A DNA stretch of 63,489 nucleotides, filler included, from Nemertoderma westbladi (lineage: Eukaryota > Animalia > Xenacoelomorpha), in NCBI GenBank assembly GCA_032718475.1. It is 4 parts of 4 records of this genome, joined end to end, with 100 filler letters (N's around TTAATTAATTAA, not from the genome) between each part and the next. Parts side by side here need not be neighbours in the genome. Positions count along the whole stretch, not along the records: positions 45,146 to 57,522 come from JAUCBJ010003720.1; positions 57,623 to 63,489 come from JAUCBJ010003107.1; 2 more parts are not named here. One strand, given 5' to 3'. The position numbers and the translations under genes are program-made. Below, in pieces: positions 55,557 to 63,489 of the stretch; within the stretch, counting starts at the first letter, position 1, and each line of letters starts with the position of its first letter. The notes below the pieces were generated by a model. It was not told the origin of the DNA. It was given only the letters and a program-made list of their open reading frames with translations, and ran no database searches.

Positions 55557-56233
55557 CAGGGTGTCCCACAAAATTTGATACTTTTTGCATTTTGATTTGT
55601 TCAGCTTCTTATTAATGATATAATATTATAGTATAATATATACTATAGACATACAGTATATATACTATAGACATACAGTATATATACTATATATACACTA
55701 TATCGACTATATATATACTATATAATATATATTATAGTATAATTTTAATGAATAATTCCCCTGGGAATATTTGTGCAATTTGTAAGACAGTTTGACTCTG
55801 CGAACCACTTTTGTAAAAGGTCGAAACTATGAAAACTTTTTCATCACCAGTAAACATATAATTGATACGTTGAGAAAAAGATGACCGCGATCAAACTGGA
55901 AGAAATGAAACCAAACCAAAACCTGGGCAACAACGTACCACATATACAATTTCGAACGAGTAATTTCGAACAAAGAACCTGTTTCTGTAACAACATATCT
56001 TTCGTGTTACAATTAATTGTAATAATTAGGCAATAAAAACGCGAAATCCTCATGAATATTATATGTACCTTTTTAGAAAACATGCAGACATTCCTTCTCT
56101 AAATTAAAATTAATTTAGTTGTTCAGAAAAAATAGTACTTTATAGCTATCCAATGACACCATAATTACTGAAAGTTTAATATGAACTGCACAAATCAAAA
56201 TACAAAAAGTATCAAATTTTGTGGGACACCCTG
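55557..56233. mobile_element. Tc1/mariner-type MITE
   Basis: TIRs CAGGGTGTCCCACAAAATTTGATACTTTTTG with a TA TSD. It interrupts a repeat whose uninterrupted copy lies at about 49360-49900. Confidence 0.9.
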
Positions 56234-56656
56234 TATATCATATGAAAAGAAAAATGTGAAAGTTTGTTCATTTCGTAGTTTTCCGTAGGCTAAAAAACGG
56301 CGATCTTTTTTGGTTCATATGGCATCCCGGGCTTTTTATTCGCTTAAATTCAGTATTTAGCTTCATAAATAATAATTAATTGTAGCTTGTGGACGTTATG
56401 TATTGTATGAATTGAAGGAATACCACAAACTGAAACCAAATTGTTGAGATGCCAGAAGCACTTTTATGGAAAATTATTAGATAAGTTGAACCTAGCTAAG
56501 GTGGGACCTTAAACATTTTATGCAACGATATATAGTAGCGATATATGTATTTTGATTCAGATTGGTGTAAAAGTCGATTGTCACAGACTCGGTTGAGTTT
56601 CTTGGGGATGTAGGCGGTGCATATGCTTATGTGTATAACTTTGATATTAATTGCAG

Positions 56657-56812
56657 GTTAGCTCTAGAATCAATGTACTAACATCCTCGGTAATTGTTTA
56701 TACTTTGGAGTTTGGAGTTTCCTTTGTGGTACCTTTCATAATAATTCTCATTACAAACATTAACATCATTGTAAAGCTAAAGAAGAGGTCTTTGAACCTA
56801 AAACAGTTGACA
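56657..56812 (+). CDS. GPCR exon: TM5-ICL3 (VSSRINVLTSSVIVYTLEFGVSFVVPFIIILITNINIIVKLKKRSLNLKQLT)
   Basis: ttgcAG acceptor, phase 0, continuing the previous exon. F.VP.II...N..I..KL TM5 pattern. Donor is either 56813 (GTTAGT) or 56817 (GTATGT). Not in the ORF track. Confidence 0.8.
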
Positions 56813-57304
56813 GTTAGTATGTTTATATAAAATGTACAGGTCGGTCATACAAGATACAAAGGATAGATTATGTATTATGACAGTAGCCTACAGTTGTGCA
56901 TAAATACAGATACCATTCATGTTACTATATACTTCACCCCCCCCCCCCCCCCCCCCCCGCTCTAGTAGGACACTAATGCGTAAATTGGTTTGACCAAAGT
57001 CAAATGAGTTTGTCATAAAGACAGGAAGTTTCAAATAAACAAAATGGGGCGTTTTTCAATACAATACTAATATAATGAATAAATGAGTAACGCTCACAAA
57101 TCTTGATTCAAGTCCAATATATAACTAATTTACTACATTCACTTACTACAGCTGAACGTATTACTAACTACTGTACAAACAATGCACATTCTACTGTAGG
57201 AATAGGACTGTATACAATGAGTAATGGTGTGATATTGTCAAAGGGCTAATTAGAATAAATTACTAATTAAGATAGTTAATGTTGTATTATACAGAATTTG
57301 CCAC

Positions 57305-57522
57305 AGACACTTCCCCCCCCGCTCAAGTAGGACACTTCCCCCGGACACTTCCCCACCGGACACTTCCCCCCCAGACACTTCCCCCCGGACAGTTCCCCCC
57401 CCCGCTCAAGTAGGATACTTCCCCCCGGACACTTCCCCCCAGACACTTCCCCACCGGACACTTCCCCCCCGGAAACTTCCCCCCGGACACTTCCCCCCGG
57501 ACACTTCCCCCCCCAGACACTT
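57305..57522. repeat. 15-16-bp GGACACTTCCCCCC repeats, running into the gap
   Basis: Directly visible; probably a subterminal array of a foldback-type element. Confidence 0.9.
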
Positions 57523-57622
57523 NNNNNNNNNNNNNNNNNNNNNNNNNNNNNNNNNNNNNNNNNNNNTTAATTAATTAANNNNNNNNNNNNNNNNNNNNNN
57601 NNNNNNNNNNNNNNNNNNNNNN
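57523..57622. other. Artificial assembly spacer
   Basis: N44-TTAATTAATTAA-N44. Confidence 0.98.
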
Positions 57623-59191
57623 ACCGTCCTGACAACAACGTCGATCTTTTTGACACTCCCCATCGTGATCGCATTCGTCATGGGGAGCAACGCATTCTGT
57701 TCTGGAGAGCGCCGGTACGTGGGGACAAACACCCGGTTTAACTATCCACGAAGGCAAACATGTTCGTTTGCATCCGTTCCAACAACATTTCTGCCATTTC
57801 CCTTCGCAATCGTTATCACAACAACAGTCATCCACCACACCAACAGGACAAATAGAAAGCAAAGGAGATAATACAGGAGGACAGGATCCTATTTTCACCT
57901 TTTTACAAGGCCAAACGCATGGCTGAACGCATTTATATTGGCATCCAACGCGGCAACATTTATACTCTTTAATAATACACTCATTATCACAATAGCATTC
58001 GTGGATCACTGGTTTTGGAAACAACATGGGGAAGAAAGGTTGCTTTGGACATTTCCCAATTCGAACAAATTGGCAAGGGAGAACTGGTCTTTGACATATT
58101 TTCCTGCATCCGTCGAAGCAACATTTATTGGGAGATTTGCAATCCTCATCGCATTGGCATAAATCGATGCTCGGATAAGGGCAAAACAAAGGATAGCAAA
58201 GCGGTTTCGGACAACTTCCGATTCTCTCAAATAAACAAGGACAATCAGGTGGCTTACATAACTTGGTACATCCATCGTGACAACACTTCCAGTCACCTTT
58301 GCAATCGTCGTCGCATTTACACAAAGGTTCTATGGGATCTATAGGACAATATGGAGGTATCACAGGCTTTGGACATTTACAAGGCTTCTCGGTTTTACAT
58401 GGAACATTTAGAGCTTCAACGCAAACAAATTTGCAACCATCCGAACAACACTTGGAGTCTCCTTTGCAATGCTTATCGCACACGCACTGATGGGGAGGAG
58501 GGTACAAGCATGGCGGCTTGATCCACGGATTGGGACAATGACCTGGTTTCGGAATGTCATCTAAACATGGAACCAATGATACAGGCGGGAGACAAACTTT
58601 CTTGCAACCCTGATAGCAGCATTTATAATTACCAAAACAATGTTCATCGCACTCGCATTGATGGGGTTGGACAGGGGCGCAATCGGAAAACAGAATGGAA
58701 TTTACCAGTTCACAACTACCCGGTTTCTCTATGGCGCATGGCGGTAGTGGGGCTGGGACATGGCATGCACTTTTACAGCCATCGTGACAACACTTTTGGT
58801 CACCATCACAATGACTGTCGTCTTGGCAACTAGACATATCGTCTATGAGACAAGCTTTGTTCATTCTCGATACAATGGGGCAATTACCTGGTTTAGGAGG
58901 ACTTTCGGCATCAACACAAGCATAGCCGCAACCAACGCGGCAACATTTGAGAAGACCATGACATTCATGATCGTAAGTGCACTCGGTAGGGCATTCCGCC
59001 AGGGCGATGTAAGAGTCGCGATATTGGGGACAGACCCCTGGCTTGACAGGCGGTCCAATCGGAATATCCTCTTTCGCCTCCAATTGAACTAATTCCTCAT
59101 GAAGAACAATTCTATCTCTCGGTACTTCAGCGCATTGCACCCCATGGTACACAGATGTAATGGCAGACAGCACCACCAAAATCCACCACAT
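57623..59191 (-). CDS. Secreted multi-WAP (four-disulfide core) domain protein, at least 9 domains, 3' end lost in the gap
   Basis: Signal peptide MWWILVVLSAITSVYHGVQCA, then nine KPG.CP ... C..D..C ... KCC..GC...C units in one uninterrupted ORF. Confidence 0.93.
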
Positions 59192-60485
59192 ATTTAAGGG
59201 AAGTAGTAAAGTATTTTAAATCGTTCTCTCAACTTTCACGATGGGTGAGTTATGCGCCACGCGGAAAAAAAGTAACTATTTTTAAACATATTTAATGGAT
59301 TAAATAGAAATAATGAATGAAACTGATGGGTCGGGATATAATAATAATACCATGAGAAAATTACTCGTGGTTCATTGAATCGCCACATGTTGCACTGAAT
59401 GGACAAAGAAACCATTCCAACTCACGCAACCGTTTTTTTCTCAACCAATTTCATTTATTCCTAATTTAGTAAAACGTAAGTAAAAAAAACCTGGATAGTG
59501 CAATATAACAATATAATGATATAACAATAACACAAGTTTAATCTGTGAAAAATCATTCCCGATATGTTATTACTTTGCAATATTCGTGTGCTTAGGAACA
59601 ACAGCAGTGGTGCGTGGCTCGAGTTTTGGATCTCCAGTTTCAAATTATTATATTCAAATTATTTCTCAAAGTTTCACAAATATAACAAATTATATACTCC
59701 AAACCAGAATCGTAACCACAACTAAACTTAATCTACCGAGGTACCGGGTTCGAGCCTCACTAGGGTCGATTGAAATTTTTCGCTCTATAGAGCATTATTA
59801 TATCATACTGTTATATTGTATTATATAATTATATTATACGTACACAACACACACGTATATATAATTAAATGTACATTTATAACGGATGGGTAGCTGGCTC
59901 AAACTCACAAAAAGTGGCCAAAAAAATTAATTTTTTTGTAAAAAAAAAAGTTTCCCAAAGAATGTAATATTATATATCACCAGAAAGCTCTCGATGCGCT
60001 GAATTCAATGGAGGCAATTCACAATAGCCCCGACTTCCTGGTAACAAATAATTGAGAAAAACTGATGTCCATTCCTGTAACACTTGTCCCACAATGTAAC
60101 GCCCGATATCAGCCAATCAGAGCCCTTGAATGGTGATTTCCGATGCCTGTAACAATTTGTCCCACCATGTAACACCAGTAGTAATTACACTGATATGTTA
60201 AATTAACATAGATTTCGTCTCCGAGTGGGAGCTATACAGCCATACCTGATCCCAGTAACACCTCCCAATAAAGCTTATTTGAAAATATAATCAAACATAA
60301 TAAATCTTTATGGTCCTTATTTCTGTTTATTACTTATTTTTCTATTACTGTTTATTACTATGACTTTCTGTTTACTATTAAGTTTATAACTGTTATATAT
60401 CACTATAGCAGGCGAGCAGTTAGTCAAAACCTGTACATTTTTCATCAGTTTCATCTCCACCCTCCACAGATCCTCCTGTACTTCA

Positions 60486-61706
60486 CTACTACTACTAGGA
60501 TCGGCATGCTGCATTGCAGCTGCATTTTTAAGAATGCTGTGCCGGCTTATCGACAAAATTGCACCGCCACAACTCCCTATCACCCATGACATTTGCTAGA
60601 TCATCCGCATCTTCAAGGCCAGTGTCCTTTAAGATGCGTCTCAAGAAAGTCATGGGCTGTCCACCATGCTTATTCACTCCATGAGGCTGCCAAAGTACAA
60701 GATTATGCACTGGCTGGTCCTCACGGCGAAAGCAATGTCCTGCAAAACGGAGCCGATTTTGTTCTAGTGTCAAGCTTGGGGGAACCAATGAGACACCTCC
60801 AATGTTATATAGTGTCTGGTTGGAGATGTGTGCATTGTACTTGACACAATGAACCCGGCGTAGCATTCTTGTGAATGTGCCATCCAGAGATTTGGTGGCC
60901 TCAGCAGTTAGAGGACTCCCATAGAGGAGTACTGGAACTACTGCTGCTCTAAATAATCGGACCTTAAGTTTCCGATTAATTCTCGTTGACTTCCAAATCC
61001 TGGAAAGCCTATTCAAGGCTGCCCATGCCTTTCCCTTACGTATTCGAAGGTCCTCACCTGACTTCCGGATCCATGATCCCAGGTAACAGAAGTCATCCAC
61101 GTGCTCAAGCATACCATCTTTAGAGCTTATGCTCATCCGATCAGAGACTTGCTGAGGACTTTCAAAGTTAACTGTCAAAATTTTGGTCTTTCTGGAGTTA
61201 ATAAAAAGACCAACACTAGAAGCAGCATGTTCTAATGAGCTGAGGAGCCGTTGGGCTCCCTCTAGTGATTCTGAGAGTACTCCTAAGTCATCAGCAAAGT
61301 CTAGATCAGTTAGGTACTTGGCAGGATTTCCTCGAATTCTGGAGCCAGTAGGTGGAGTTATCATCACCCCATCGCCATCATCATTATGATGATCTAAGGA
61401 CATGCGTAGAACATAGTCAACAACAATTATGAACAAGAATGGTGCAAGTGTGTCTCCCTGGAGGACGCCCCATAACACTTCAAATGGTTCTGTGTCACCA
61501 TCTACAGTAGACACAAATGTTGTCGAACCATCGTATACTGATCTGATTGCTGCAATAATTTCATCAGGAATCCCATATAATGAAAGTATGCTGAACATAC
61601 GTGAGCGAGAGACTGAATCAAAGGCCTTGAAGAAGTCAACAAAGATAACAGCCAGATGCCTGTCTTTCTTTTTTGATAACTTTTCAATTATCCTTCGAAG
61701 TGCCAA
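60486..61706 (-). mobile_element. 5'-truncated RTE-type LINE (family A), second copy
   Basis: Nearly identical to 51900-53114, with only in-frame indels (+6, -9 nt) and a (TAG)4 tail. Flanked by ctgtacttca (60476-60485) and ctgcacttca (61710-61719). Confidence 0.95.
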
Positions 61707-61709
61707 CAG

Positions 61710-63292
61710 CTGCACTTCACACTCCGTCTCCCACACCCTCCATAGATCCCCCCATACCTCCCACTCCCACTCCGACTCCCACACCCTCAACAGATCCCCC
61801 CATACATCCCGCTCCGTCTCCCACACCCTCCACACTACAGATCCCCCCATACCTCCACTCCGTCTCCCACACCCTCCACAGATCCCCCCATATTTCACAC
61901 TCCGTCTCCCACACCCTCAACAGATCCTCCTGTACTTCCCACTCTGTCTCCCACACCCTCCACAGATCATCCTGTACTACCCACTCCGTCTCCCACACCC
62001 TCCACAGATCCTCCTGTACTTCCCACTCCGTCTCCCACACACTCCACAGATCCTCCTGCATTTCCCACTCCGTCTCCCACACACTCCACAGATCCTCCTG
62101 TACTTCCCATTCCGTCTCCCTCACCTCCACAGATCCTCCTGTACTTCCCACTCTGTCTCCCACACCTCCGCAGATCCTCCTGTACTTCCCACTCCGTCTC
62201 CCAAACCCTCTACAGATCCTTTTGTACTTCCCACTCCGTCTCCCAAACCCTCTACAGATCCTCTTGTACTTCCCACTCCGTCTCCCACACCTCCACAGAT
62301 CCTTCTGTATTTCCCACTCCGTCTTCCTCACCCTCTACAGATCCTTTTGTACTTCCCACTCCGTCTCCCAAACCCTCTACAGATCCTCTTGTACTTCCCA
62401 CTCCGTCTCCCACACCCTCCACAGATCCTCCTGCATTTCCCACTCCGTCTCCCAAACCCTCTACAGATACTCTTGTACTTCCCACTCCGTCTCCCACACC
62501 CTCCACAGACCCTCTTGTACTTCCCACTCCGTCTCCCACACCCTCCACAGATCCTCCTGAGCTTTCCACTCCGTCTCCCAAACCCTCTACAGATCCTCTT
62601 GTACTTCCCACTCCGTCTCCCACACCCTCCACAGATCCTCCTGAGCTTTCCACTCCGTCTCCCAAACCCTCTACAGATCCTCTTGTACTTCCCACTCCGT
62701 CTCCCACACCCTCCACAGATCCTCCTGCATTTCCCACTCCGTCTCCCAAACCCTCTACAGATCCTCTTGTACTTCCCACTCCGTCTCCCACACCCTCCAC
62801 AGATCCTCTTGTACTTCCCACTCCGTCTCCCACACCCTCCACAGATCCTCCTGAGCTTTCCACTCCGTCTCCCAAACCCTCTACAGATCCTCTTGTACTT
62901 CCCACTCCGTCTCCCACACCCTCCACAGATCCTCCTGAGCTTTCCACTCCGTCTCCCAAACCCTCTACAGATCCTCATGTACTTCCCACTCCGTCTCCCA
63001 AACCCTCTACAGATCCTCTTGTACTTCCCACTCCGTCTCCCACACCCTCCACAGATCCTCCTGCATTTCCCACTCCGTCTCCCAAACCCTCTACAGATCC
63101 TCTTGTACTTCCCACTCCGTCTCCCACACCCTCCACAGATCCTCTTGTACTTCCCACTCCGTCTCCCACACCCTCAACAGATCCTCCTGAGCTTTCCACT
63201 CCGTCTCCCAAACCCTCTACAGATCCTCTTGTACTTCCCACTCCGTCTCCCACATCCTCCACAGATCCTCCTGTACTTCCCACTCCGTCTCC
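61710..63292. repeat. 42-bp C-rich minisatellite x ~37; one partial unit at 60457-60485 on the other side of the RTE
   Basis: CCACAGATCCTCCTGTACTTCCCACTCCGTCTCCCACACCCT. Confidence 0.98.
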
Positions 63293-63489
63293 ACTCGTTT
63301 ATCCTCCCGCACGCCGAACTACTCCTCTCGCACCTCCGACTGCTCCCCTTGCACCTCTACCTTTTTCCCTCCCACCTCTAACTGCTCCTATAACATTCTG
63401 CCCGCCCACCTCTAACACCTCCCCTTGCACTTATACCGCTATCCCCTGCCTCGCCACCTCCACCGATATCTCTCACTTTTCCATTCCTT

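Noticed and set aside
61429-63381. 650-aa Pro/Leu-rich ORF and an apparent repeat-RT fusion (60528-61898)
   Set aside because: The first is the antisense of the RTE plus a 42-bp array. The 'fusion' is chance read-through from the array into a truncated RT.

Overview
AT-rich eukaryotic (metazoan, probably invertebrate) genomic DNA. Four contigs are joined by three identical artificial 100-bp spacers (N44-TTAATTAATTAA-N44). Host genes: the last four coding exons of a TBC1D13-like RabGAP (-), a complete 4-exon BTBD19-like gene (+), an intronless KCTD20/BTBD10-like gene (-), three exons (TM3-TM5) of a class A GPCR (+), and a secreted protein with at least 9 WAP domains in one exon (-). The rest is transposon-derived: two RTE-type LINE families, CR1/L2-group LINE remnants, tRNA-derived SINEs, a Harbinger transposase pseudogene, Helentron/DINE-like elements and several TIR elements/MITEs with visible TSDs. 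About a quarter of the window is minisatellite: roughly 11 unrelated arrays with 13-66 bp units. Several arrays were visibly copied from adjacent sequence (a splice donor, an RT motif, an RTE deletion junction, an RTE 3' end). Two near-identical RTE copies each sit in the outer unit(s) of a different array, with the array on their truncated 5' side. The long ORFs over these arrays are most likely artefacts. All calls were made by eye, without database searches.
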